Positions 29,714 to 42,870 of a stretch of DNA of 64,000 nt are shown here, piece by piece. The notes under the pieces are model-generated. The model saw only the letters and a program-made list of their open reading frames with translations. It was not told the origin of the DNA and did no database searches. The translations under genes and the position numbers were made by a program. Origin of the DNA: the human T2T-CHM13v2.0 reference genome, Homo sapiens; NCBI RefSeq assembly GCF_009914755.1, contig NC_060947.1; one strand, given 5' to 3'. Position 1 is the first letter of the stretch; the number at the start of each line of letters is the position of its first letter.

Positions 29714-30066
29714 TATATTAGGCTGTTTTCACACTGCTATAAAGAACTATTTGAGACTGTGTAATTTATAAAGAAAAGAGCTTTAATTGACTCACAGTTG
29801 CACATGGCTGGGGAGGCCTCAGGAAACTTAGAATCATGTTGGAAGGGGAAGTAGGCACTTATTTACATGGCGGCAGGAGAGAGAGCACAAAGAGGGAAGT
29901 ACCTCACTTTTAAACCATCAGATCTCCTGAAAACTGAGATCTGAGAACAGCAATGGGGAAGCCCGCCCCCATGATTCAATCACCTCCCACAAGGCCCTTC
30001 CCCCGACATGTGAGGATTACGATTTGAGATGAGATTTGGGTGGGAACACAGAGCCAAACCGTATCA
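29714..30066 (-). mobile_element. MaLR solo LTR (THE1D/MSTA-like)
   Basis: tatattaggctgttttcacactgctataaagaac...ggggaggcctcaggaaactta...gagatttgggtgggaacacagagccaaaccgtatca. Confidence 0.88.
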
Positions 30067-31864
30067 AATGTAATCTCCATAGTGGCAGAGACTTTTCTCT
30101 CTTTTGCTCACTGATGTTCTCCTAGTAAGCCATAGCAGGGCTCAATAATTATCATAGAACAAATCTTTGTCTAAGACAAAGACCTTAGTTACTAACTTAC
30201 AAGGTTATAAATCCTGCTTTGCCTACTACTGGTTACACATCTCAGTTGCTCATCTCAGCCATTCCAGGGCCAGTAGGCTCCCCAGCTGCATTCATTTGAC
30301 AGTGACCATTTGAAACTTGTCAAAGATTAAATCTAAGGAAGAGAATTTGGGTAACTTCTTACCCTTAACAGAGTAAGGGTGTCAATTTACCTTCTCTCCT
30401 CTTCAGCCATAGAGCCAGCTCCCCCTGAAGTCCTCTATTCCTTTCTCCTTCCACTAGGCATAAAACAAAAATTGAATCTGGCCATGGTGTCACTTTTGTT
30501 CCTGGTAGTTAGGGGATGCAGATGGTGGTGGCAACTCCCTTGATCACACCTTCATGCTCTGGTCACCTCAAATATCCTTTTTAGATATGCCATTTACATA
30601 GAAAATGATTCTATCTGAATTTTATATTCTAGCTCTCCTAAAGATTACTGGTTAAAATTATTAAAAGAAGCCAGAAAAAGAGAAACCAGAAATATTTTCC
30701 CTTTAAAATACCAGAAAATGTCAACATAACAAAACTGCTGCTTTGGACATGATCACACAGAGGATGGATTCCCTACAGTACATAAATGAATAAGGGGAGA
30801 AGGATGGAAACATATATGTCCATTTTATTTCATATATATATATATAAAATATATTTCCCAGAAAGGACCTGGGAAGTTACTTCATTTTGCAGATGAATAC
30901 AGTGAAGCCAGAGAGGTTAAATCACTGACTCAGGGCCATATTACGACAAAGCTAGAAGTTCTGAATTTTCCAACCATGGTTACCAGACCCCCCGACATAC
31001 CCCGTAGCTTTAGGTTTCATGTTATACACAGAAAAGGTACCATTCATGGCCCAACCAGCACTATATCACACTGCTTCCTCTACATCCAAGGAATACATTT
31101 ATTAAAATGTATTTTAAGGTACTAAAGGAAAAAGGAAGAAAGATCTAAGCAATTTTAAAGTATCTCTGCCTTCCCTTCTGCAATTATGACCTTCAGGGCA
31201 TCCATCAATCCTACAGGCCCATGTCAAAGAACATGGGAAAAGATATCTTTTCAGCTTGTTCTGTTGAAAGCATCTAGGTGAAAGAGCTATTAAGCCTTAA
31301 AATGTCACAAATTGTTCAGATATTGTTCAACCAGGACCATTTTTGTGAATACCTCTCTGAGATGATGACAAAATAGGTAGTACATAATAGAGTCACTTGA
31401 GTGGAGGGAACTGTGGCTCCTGGAAAAGAAGATAATTGCTTCATAGCACTTGGTGCTAAAGCTCCCACAGGCCTCCTCTTTGTCTTCCCAAAGTGACTTT
31501 TAAGGATTTGAGGATCTACTGTCATGGTGACGGATTGGAGGGTGTCCATTGCCCCTGACCTGAAGCTGGATAAGTGGAAGAAATAGGGAGGTCACCCAGG
31601 GCAATGGCAGCAAAGAGTGTTTTCTACTCTTTGTCCCTGGGCTCTAGGATAGCACTTAACGAGAAAAATCAATTGCAACCTTGTGAGTGCAGTCAGAACT
31701 GGAAACTGCATTTAAATTTGCCTACTCAGGCAGTCAGCCCCACTTTAAAGAGCTTTAGAGTTAGAGATTTCTGTGGCAACAGAGGTGCACGTGGGCAAAA
31801 ATTGCTTTGCAGGGTAGTGAAGGCTAGCAATGTTGTTAGATTGGCACTTTATGGCTGCCCAGTT

Positions 31865-32416
31865 TATGTGGGCTTGGCTGTAAGTAACCCAATGAACAGT
31901 GACTTTTTAAAAAGGGATTAGATTTTCTCTTATAACAAGAGTTTGGATATAGGTGGTCCTGGTTGTGGTACAGATGCTCAATAATGTCCAAAAATCCCAG
32001 AATTTTTCTTTCTCCTCCATCATTCTCAGAATGTTGGCCTTTCATTCATGTGCTCATAGCTGCAGAATGCAAATTGGCTGCTACTACTTCAGGCCTCACA
32101 TATATATTCAAGGCAGCCAAAAAAAAGGAAAGGAAGATAACAGCCATGTATGTCCATTTTATTTCCATGTATTATGAAACAAAAAGCTTTCCATGAAGCT
32201 CCTGCAGATTCCTCCATTGATCAAGTGAGGCCACATAGCCAACCCTAGCTACAAGGAATGCAGGGTACTTGGCAAGGGACAATGGGATTTATATGTTTGG
32301 CTAAGGCTAATTACTGTCACTTAGGGCTAGACACAATTGCCAGCCTAATAAAACTGATATTCAGTTAGCAAGAAATAAAGAGAAAAGAGATGTCGCTAAC
32401 TAATAGTGTAAGCCAC
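31865..32416 (-). mobile_element. MaLR LTR (MLT1J/K-like)
   Basis: ttggctgtaagtaacccaatg...tctcttataacaagagtttgga...gccacatagccaaccctagctacaaggaatgc. Confidence 0.6.
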
Positions 32417-33732
32417 TATGAATTCAGAATTGGCCTTTCAAAATAGGAAGGGCATTTACTGTATATTTGACAATAAGCAACTATTCATCCCTATATTTCT
32501 ATACTCTCTAGTACATTATCATGTACCAAACAGGCACTTGAACATTTTGAACCATGGTTTGAGAATACTGTAATGACATACTCATTTAACAGTGGCTTAG
32601 AGAAAGGTATGATGTGAAATAGTCAACAAAGCATTCAGCCTTAATAATGTCGGCATTCACTTTGGGTACATCAGGAGACTGACAACTGCAGATAATTCAA
32701 GTAACTGATGCCAGGAAGCTACAAAGTGTTCTAGTCCTTTAAGCTTCCTATTAGGAAGAAAGTACATAAGAAAATAGACATATTGATAAAATAAAATGCC
32801 TAGAATAGGACAAGTTGAACCTGTGTTCTAGTTTCACCACAAAAGATTTTTTGCCTTTTCTCTAAGAAATTAAACTGCTGAAACATACTATCATGTTCAC
32901 ATTAAAGAATTACAGCCCAAATCTATATACAGTATATAGATTTATAAATGTCATAAAGACTTGAATCATAAAATGCTATATGTGTAAGACACATTAAAGA
33001 CCGCCTCAGCCTGACTTCTTATTTTTCCAGATGAGGAACTGAGGTCCAGAGAAGTTGCATGATTTGTCTAAAGTTATATAGTTAGTTCGTATCTAGAAAC
33101 CAGATAAACTTGGGAGACATTTTGAAAGAGCAAAGGAATGACATTTTGGGAAAAGTGGGACAGAGAAGGCTGCAAGTGTGGTGATGATAAAAGTAAATAC
33201 ACAGACATGAAGGGTCATACATTGCTAGTTTATGAATTAAAAGTTAGAACAATTTAGGAATGCAGGCTGACATAAGCTGGTCCTTGGGTGGAAGATGAGG
33301 TATAGGAAGTAGGCAACAGCATGGTTATTTTATGAGAAGTATGCTGAGCTCAAACCTCCAAGGCCTGGAGTTCAGTCACTATTGGACTTCAGATGTCCCT
33401 TTTCACTATAGCTTGCAGGCATTGTGCATGTGCTTTATGCTAGGAACCGTGCTAAGTATCTTATATGAAACCCTTACAGCAACCCAGTGACATAGATCTT
33501 ATTATCACTACTTTTTACAAATGAGAAGAATGAGGCTAAGAAAGAATAAGTAACTCACAAATTCACACTACTAGAAAGTGGTAAAGCTAAGTTTGGAACT
33601 CAGGTGTATCTTACCCCCAAGTCCCTGTTTATCACCATGCTATTCTCCTTTTTATGTTCAAAAACCAGATTCCTCCAATGCTTTGGAGAACCATAGAGCT
33701 TGGAACCTAGAGGCACCTTAGATGTCACCTAG

Positions 33733-33928
33733 TACAGTGCTACTCAAGAGGTGCTTTTCTGGCCAGGAGCATCACCATCACCCAAGATCTTGTTAGAAAT
33801 GCAAGACCTCAGGCCCCACTCCACAGCTACTGAGTCAGAATCTCTGAGGGTGAGGCCTGGGAAGCTGTGTTTTAGCAGGATCACTAGATGGTTTTTAGGA
33901 ACACTAACATTTGAGAAGCTGTGGCCAG
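33733..33928. mobile_element. MER5A
   Basis: acagtgctactcaag...cttgttagaaatgcaagacctcaggccccactccacagctactgagtcagaatctctgagggtgaggcc. Confidence 0.75.
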
Positions 33929-34343
33929 TGAATAGATACTAGTCCAGCCCCTTTATTTTAGATGAAGAAATGGAGGTCTGATGACTTAACCATGGGTATG
34001 GTGCCAAAGGAGCCTCAAGCCCTGATCTCCTGATTCCTAGTCCAGTGCACTGTCTGCTGTGTTCTGTGGTTTCCTCATTAGCTTCCCACAATGTGCATTG
34101 GTGCCTGTGTTGGAAACACTGGATGGCATTTAGTAGACTTCTGGCCTGACCCAGCATGTTCATTCATGTGCACATCAGGTTTCTCCTTCCATTCCTCCAT
34201 GACTCAGACCAAAGGCATTTCTCTATACTCGGGAGGTCTTTTCCATATTTTCCCTGTAGCCCTCCTCTTCTTCATTATCATAATCATAGTATTATTACTT
34301 TGCTTTTTAAAACTACTTTTGCATTCATTCAGTATTTCATGTC

Positions 34344-34520
34344 AGCAGTTCTCAACCTTGACACTCTTTGTAATAACGTGGAGAGCTTAAAAAGGATACT
34401 CATCCCTGGGTCCCACGCCCAGAGAGTCTGATGTAATCAGTGTCGGGTGTGGACAGGGCATTGGGATTTTTAAAAGCTCCCCAGGTGATTGCAGTATGCA
34501 GTCAAACGTTGGGAACTGCT
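34344..34520. mobile_element. MER5B-like element
   Basis: cagcagttctcaaccttg...ggcattgggatttttaaaagctccccaggtgattgcagtatgcagtcaaacgttgggaactgct. Confidence 0.75.
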
Positions 34521-36589
34521 TTTTCATAAGAGTCTCATTATTACCTGAGGAGATAGGTGGGGCAAACGTAATCCTGTTTTTGTAGATAAGGAAGCTTGTG
34601 CTCTGAGACATTTAGTGTCTTAGAAGAAAGAGAATAAAATCATCTAGTGACAGTTGGTGCAGACTGGGTTACCAGCTACTTCTGATAAATCTTTAAAGCC
34701 AGCAGTCAGGCTGTAAGAATGGGGTAAAACCTGTTTTTCTTTTCTGGTTTCTAGTGTTTTCTGGGTTTATGTTTCTTCACATGAGAAGGGAAAAGAAACA
34801 ACTGTGAAATGGTACCTGGGACCAAATGTTTATAACTGAAATTCCATGCTGAATCCCTTTAATGACTGGAGGATAATCATCAACTAGAGCAACCTGCTTC
34901 CTATTCCTCATAGCCCAGCATAATAATGATCAGGGAGCATCAGGAAAACCAGATGGAAGGGACTTGCTCATTCTGCACCAGCACACATGCCCCATTTAGA
35001 GACCAGTTAAGAAAATAACAAACCTGGCCACACTGGCTAAAAGAGCTCCTCAGTGGAGCATGCAAATATGGACATGTCTGTCTTACATGCAGAATATTGG
35101 AAGAGAATTTCTTATCGTTGCTGTGTCCCTTTTCTGGGTAATCTAATCATTTAAATGATAATATGCAACACTTTTGCTTGATGCTTCCTCTCGCTGCCTT
35201 GAATGTCGTTGGGAACTTCTATTGTTCCTTCGGTCTAACTTCTCACCTTTTCCAAAAGAAATCCTCTGCTGCAACCAGCCTCTCTATTTTCATAATCCTT
35301 TGCTACTTCAAGTGTGGTTGATGAACCAGCAGTGTCAGCCTCAGCATCACTACTGTTGTAACAAGGAGCTTGTTAGTAACAGAATCCTGGCCCCATCCTA
35401 GACCTACCGAATTAGAATCTTTGTTTTTTATCAAGAGCCCCAAGTAATGTGTGTGCACCTTGAGGTTTTTGAAGCATTGCCCCAATACACAGGACTCTCC
35501 CCATCATCCAATAAGTTAAAAATGCTCTCTTCCCCATGCTTTCATTTACCCACTTCCTACTTGTCCTTCAAAGCTCAGCTCATATTCCTCTTCCTCTATG
35601 AAGCCAATATTTACTCCATTCACGTTACTCCTTTACAGTACTACTTTTAGGATTTAAATGAATGCTGAATATTTCATTATTTAAATGTTTTGCATGTCTA
35701 CTTAGTCTCATTATTAAGATTCCATGTTTCTCCAACCTAGCATAGGCTTTGCACATAATACTCATGAATTATTCAGTTTGTCAAGATCAGTTTCCTACTT
35801 GAAGGTTTTTCTTAAGCCCTATTTTGTATCTTTAAGCTTGCTCAACACCTTTTCTGCTCATGATGTTCTCTGGAGGTCACTATGCACTGTAAGAGTGCTC
35901 ATGATGTTCTTCCTCAAAGAAGCTCCTCCAAGTTTCTGTCTTCTCAATACCTTAAGTAAATCTTTATCTGCTACAGAGATTTCCTGAAAGGCCTGGCTCT
36001 TTCTTGTAACCTAGTGGATTCCAAGTGAACTACAACCCCAAAGAGATATAGGAAGTAAAAATTTAACCACTTGTGAATATTGACTTTGTATAAACAATTT
36101 CTCTAACTTTTTAATTTGAAATAATTTGGACTGGGAATTTTAAAAAATAAGTTTAATTTTGGAGATGAGATGTTTTACTACTCTGTTCTGGTGCCCATAG
36201 GAAACTCAGGATCATCTTCTGCTGTTTCATGTGGGACAGGCCACGTGGTGGTATCTCTTTTGCTGGTCCCAGACCCTGAAGCAAGAGACACACCTCTGAG
36301 GCTGCCATCTTCCTGAGTTCCAGGCAAAAGGGAGGCACATATCCTAACAAACTGTAGATCCTCAAACCTGTCTGGAGGCCTGTTGTAAGACTCCTAAGGC
36401 TTGGCATGATGGGATGGAGGTAGGAAAGCAGGAACACCACACTCACACTGACTTTCAACTTCTGGTTTCTTTTCTATGTCAACTCATCCCACCTTGAACA
36501 GCTTGTATCTCCATCCTGAGTTTATTCGGAACTATCCTTCAAATCCATTGTTTTATGGTATCAATTTTAAGTATTAAAAATACCCAGGA

Positions 36590-36909
<320 letters not shown>

Positions 36910-37953
36910 CTAACAACCCAAAAACTTTTTTCTTTATTGTTCATGCGTATCAAAAGTCATTTGTCTCATTCCAGTAGCTCTAACTTTAAAAAAAGACATA
37001 CAAAAAAGTCATTTTGATGTTTATTGGGTAGTCAGATGGCTTCTTTCTCTAGGCAGAAGCCTATCCTACCAACAGGATGATGAGGCAAAGGATTGGGTGA
37101 AATAAATTGCTGGGTGAAAACATTAAGTTAATATCAGATTCTTACTCTGTTACATATATGTTTGCTATGATATCAGAGTGACCCTGCATTCTATGCAGAT
37201 GGGCACTCAGGGCATTTTGGACTCTTGCATGATAATGTTGGTGGTGCTTGAGCAAGGCCTAGGGTGGGAAGTCTAGCACCTCCTTACAGTTGTTTCAGAT
37301 TCTGTAAGGATTGCCTGTCAGGTCAGACTTAGAACTGTACTTCTGCACTAATAATTCATTGTCACCTTAAGACGCATACTCCGTATATTGTAAAAATGTT
37401 TCCTTGGGCTCTACCCACTTCCAAAAACGTGTTTGGGGTGGTTTACAACAAAAATTCACAAATACAGTGAAACCATTAACCATTCAACATGGATTAAGGT
37501 TTAAGAGGTAAAATGTTTATAGCAAAACCCCTAGGGTAAAGGAAGTTTCTGCACTAAGCACAGGAATTAACTCTGCCTTTTGGCCCTCAAGACTAAGACA
37601 AACTCTCACTTCACTTTGTTAGGTGGGCTATGAGGGTAGCTTATCACTTAGGCCTTCATACAGAGGCGTTAGAAAACTGTGAACAATATCTTCAACAGCA
37701 GTTTTACAAAACTTGTCTTTTTTTAAAAAATCAACCTTTCCTTTATATAGAAACCAAAGCCACGATAGTCATAGTTAGAAAAAATAATCTGTGGAAAGCC
37801 AGATTTGTATACTCCAGATATACAGTGTTGTCAGGACCTAACCTAATATTGGGAAATTTAAATAATTTATAGCTAATGTATCTTAAGCCAGTGCTTCTCA
37901 AACTTTCATGGGCATATGCTACCATCTGGTGATCTTTTTAAAATTCAGTTTCT

Positions 37954-39168
37954 TGGCTAGCCATGTGCAGAAAACAGAAACTGTACCCCTTCCTTACACC
38001 TTATACAAAAATTAACTCAAGATGGATTAAAGACTTAAATGTAAAACCCAAAACCATAAAAACCCTAGAAGAAAACCTAGACAATACCATTCATGACACA
38101 GGCATGGGCAAAGACTTCATGACGAAAACGCCAAAAGCAATTGCAACAAAAGCCAAAATTGACAAATGGGATCTAATTAAACTAAAGAGCTTCTGCACAG
38201 CAAAAGAAACTTTCATCAGAGTGAACAGGTGACATACGGAATGGGAGAAAATTTTTGCAATCTACTCATCTGACAAAGGTCTAATATCCAGAATTTACAA
38301 GGAACTTAAACAAATTTACAAGAAAAAAACAACCCTACAAAAAGTGGGCAAAGATCTGAACAGACACTTCTCAAAAGAAGACATTTACATGGCCAAAAAA
38401 CATGAAAAAAATTTCAACATCACTGATCATTAGAGAAATGCAAATCAAAACCACAATGAGACACCATCTCATGCCAGTCAGAATGGCAATTATTAAAAAG
38501 TCAAGAAACAATAGATGCTGGTGAGGCTGTGGAGAAATAGGAAGACTTTTACACTGTTGGTGGGAGTGTAAATTAGTTCAACCATTGTGTAAGATAGTAT
38601 GGTGATTCCTCAGGGATCTAGAACCAGAAATACCATTTGACCCAGTAATCCCATTACTGGGTATATACCCAAAGGAATATAAATTATTCTACTATAAAGA
38701 CACATGCACATGTATGTTTATTGCAGCACTATTTACAATAGCAAAGTCATGGAAACAACCCAAATGCCCATCAATGATAGACTGGATAAAGAAAATGTAG
38801 CACATATATACCACGGAATATTATGCAGCCATAAAAAGGAATGAGATCATGTCCTTTGCAGGGACATGAATGAAGCTGGAAGGCATCATCCTCAGCAAAC
38901 TAACACAGGAACAGAAAACCAAACACTGCATGTTCTCACTCATAAGTGGGAGTTGAACAATGAGAACACATGGACACAGGGAGAGGAACAACACACACCA
39001 GGTCCTGTTGGGGGATGGGGGGCATGGGGAGGGAACTTAGAGGACAGGTCAATAGGTACAGCAAACCACCATGACACACGTATACCTATGTAACAAACCT
39101 GCACATTCTGCACATGTATCCCAGAACTTAAAGTAAAATAAAACAATAAAAAATAAATTAAAACAAAT
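37954..39168 (+). mobile_element. 5'-truncated L1PA8-like element inserted into a MER5A
   Basis: ORF2 C-terminal remnant plus 3'UTR gggaacttagaggacaggtcaatagg. TSD AAAATTCAGTTTCT at 37940-37953 and 39169-39182, at a canonical TT/AAAA site. MER5A halves lie at about 37889-37953 and 39169-39270. Confidence 0.9.
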
Positions 39169-39506
39169 AAAATTCAGTTTCTAATTCACTGGGTCTGGGC
39201 TGGGGCCTGGGAATTTGAATTTCTATCAGGATACCTTTACTGCTGGTCCATGGACCACACTTTGAGGAGCATATACCTCTTAGAGATATCAGAGGTCTCA
39301 AATGGGCAATTGACAGAAGTTTGAGGACAGATAATTTAAGACTGGACAGATAATTCTGAGTCCTCCATGACTCACACCAAAGGCATTTCTTTATACCTGG
39401 GAGTTCTTTTGCTAGTTTTCCCTTTAGCCCTCGTCTTCATCATTATTATTATATTGTATTATATTATTATTACTTTGGTTTTAAGAACTATTTTTGCACT
39501 CACTTA

Positions 39507-39955
<449 letters not shown>

Positions 39956-40283
39956 TTATTTTGAGTGAAAGGATCTAGTATGGTAGGTAGGAAAACTGAT
40001 GTGTTTATGTGAGGGATGAAACGACAAATGAAAGGTTTGGCTTTATATTCATATCTATTCTAGTTAGGCTCTTTTTGCAAGAAACTGAGACTCTCAAATG
40101 ACTAAAAAGAAAGGGCGGAGTATGGGGGTGGGTATTGTATGGAAAATTGGTAGGAAGCCCTAAAGGGAGTAGCCCTAAACTGTTAGGAAGAGGGAGCTAT
40201 AAGGACGAGCTACTTTTCTTTAACTTTCTCTCTTGGTATCATTGTTTCTTTTAGCATATCTGCTGCAGTCTCCTTTCACTCTC

Positions 40284-40876
40284 TTTTTTTTTTCTCTTTT
40301 TTTTTATTATTATACTTTAAGTTCTAGGGTACATGTGCACAATGTGCAGGTTCGTTACATATGTATACATGTGCCATGTTGGTGTGCTGCACCCATTAAC
40401 TTGTCATTTATATCTCCTAATGCTATCCCTCCTCCCTCCCCCCACCCCACGACAGGCCCCAGTGTGTGATGTTCCCCACCTTGTGTCCAGGTGTTCTCAT
40501 TGTTCAATTTCCACCTATGAATGAGAACATGTGGTGTTTGGTTTTCTGTCCTTGAGATAGTTTGCTCAGAATGATGGTTTCCAGCTTCATCCATGGCCCT
40601 ACAAAGGACAAGAACTCATCCTTTTTTATGGCTGCATAGTATTCCATGGTGTATATATGCCACATTTTCTTAATCCAGTCTATCACTGATGGACATTTGG
40701 GTTGGTTCCAAGTCTTTACTATTGTGAATAGTGCAGCAAGAAACATACATGTGCATGTGTCTTTACGGCAGCATGATTTATAATCCTTTGGGTGTATACC
40801 CAGTAATGGGATGGCTGGGTCAAATGGTATTTCTAGTTCTAGATCTTTAAGGAATCGCCACACTGTCTTCCACAAT
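40284..40876 (-). mobile_element. L1PA4/5-like 3' end, distal part of a composite insertion
   Basis: T-tail, 3'UTR and ORF2 C-terminus (ORF track 40504-40875). Confidence 0.9.
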
Positions 40877-41163
40877 GAAAAAAACCATTATTTAAAAAAT
40901 TAATTATTTTATCTGTGCGGTTATGCCTTTAACTTGACATGCAGTTAAATTTGTTTCATTTTATGACTTTTTAAAGTCTTTAGAGTTGGCAATTTTGTTA
41001 TTCTTTATAGTTAAGTTTATGTTTTTTAACTAATTAAAAGACTTACCAATATTAGAAAATAGAAATAATGTGAATATGCACACTCACATTCTTTTTATTT
41101 GTGTCCTTTTTCCTAATCCCTCTTTACTGATATAATAAACTTTCTTTTTCTGGTTTTTGCAAG

Positions 41164-41414
41164 TTTTTTTTTTTATACTTTAAGTTCTAGGGTACATGTG
41201 CACAATGTGCAGGTTTGTTACATATGTATACATGCGCCATGCTGGTGTGCTGCACTCATTAACTCGTCATTTACATTAGGTATATCTCCTAATGCTATCC
41301 CTCCTCCCTCCCCCAACCCCATGACAGGCCCCAGTGTGTGATGTTCCCCTTCCTGTGTCCAGGTGTTCTCATTGTTCAATTCCCACCTATGAGTGAGAAC
41401 ATGTGGTGTTTGGT
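41164..41414 (-). mobile_element. L1PA4/5-like 3' end, proximal part of a composite insertion
   Basis: T-tail, then atactttaagttctagggtacatgtgcac...gagaacatgtggtgtttggt. Confidence 0.9.
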
Positions 41415-42830
41415 CAGTCTCCTTTCACTCTCACTGCTGGTCAGTCTCCTTTCACTCTCACTGCTGGGTGGTTTATTCTGTTTTTCTCCATCACAGCCCC
41501 TGCTTACTCCCTGTTGACCTCAGTTTATGCATGGACCCATTCCTGACCTGTCTTCAGCAGCAGCTGGGATTGCTGACAGCTTCATTTTTTTTTTTTTTGA
41601 ACATGCATTTCAAATTGTTGAGAGGAGGAATTTGATTGGCATTGTATGCCTTAGGACACTGGCACACCCAAGACTTAGTTGCTATTCGCATATTCAGTCA
41701 GTGCTGATGGGGGAGGGGCAGGAGGTGTTTGATGCCTAGAAAAAGAAATACAGCTAGCAAAGACTGCCACTTCCTGTAGGTAGGACTCTTGCCTTGGGAA
41801 GGAGTCAGTGGTGAGGCCAGCATTCTGTGGTTTGGTCCTTTTTATTGACTTTTTTTTTTCAAAGAAAGTCATCTCTCCTCTGCATGGAGGTAGTTCAGTC
41901 ATAGCATGACTTTCAGGCAGGGCCAAGAAATATAGTATGAGCTTTATTGCCCTCTTGTCTCTTCATACTCAGGCCAAACCAATAGGAATATTTCACAAGG
42001 TCAGTAAAGTGAATCAGTTAAACTAAACAAAACGGTTTAAACCAAACCACCTCAGATTTGCTTTGTATTTTTGAAATATCTTAATTTATTTTAATTCAAT
42101 GTAAAAAGAAAAGAATCTATTCCATCCAAAATATCAACAAATGCATTGATCTTAGGGGCTACAACTACAGGAGAGGGAATAATTTGGGTTTGTTTGGTGA
42201 AGGCCTGATGGCCAGGGAGCCCCGCTCTGCCATTCCTAGTCATTTTTGTTCCCCCACCGGAAATGCTGCTCCCTCATTCCCAGGATCTCAGAGTGTCTCA
42301 AAAGCACAGAGGCCATCTTTGGAGGCAGTGGGTGTGCTCATGCTTGTGCTCCTGTGTACTAGGGGCAGAGAGTGGAGGGATATTTGAGAAAGCAGACACA
42401 GGAGAACAAGCTCAAGCCCTTACCCCAGAATCTCAACTCCCTTCTTCTTTCTGTACTGTTTGTTCGGGGGCGAAAAATACTCTTCCTCAGTGTTCCCCAC
42501 ACACAGGCTTTTAATGAACTCTGTTTTTAGTTTTTATTTGCTGATCAGTAAACTGAGGGTAGGTCTTGTCTGTTCCCAGAGATAAAGAACTGCATGCATA
42601 ACTGGTCTCTATCCAGCCGAACAAGCGCCGGTTTCTCTTTGTTTTTCACAGTGTTTCTGAGAGATAAGAGGAAACCACCCAGACATGATACATGACCATG
42701 GGAGGTTTTGAAATAATATTTTATAAACTCATTCCCTATTCTAAGCTGTGGATTCGGGATAGAAAGAAAGGGGGAGGGCACCACATATAGTGTAAGTTGA
42801 TTTTTTTCTGGGTTAAAAATAAGCAGGCAA

Positions 42831-42870
42831 ACACACACGTACACAGACATGCACACACACACACACACAA
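42831..42870. repeat. Interrupted (CA)n microsatellite
   Basis: acacacacgtacacagacatgcacacacacacacacacaa. Confidence 0.85.
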
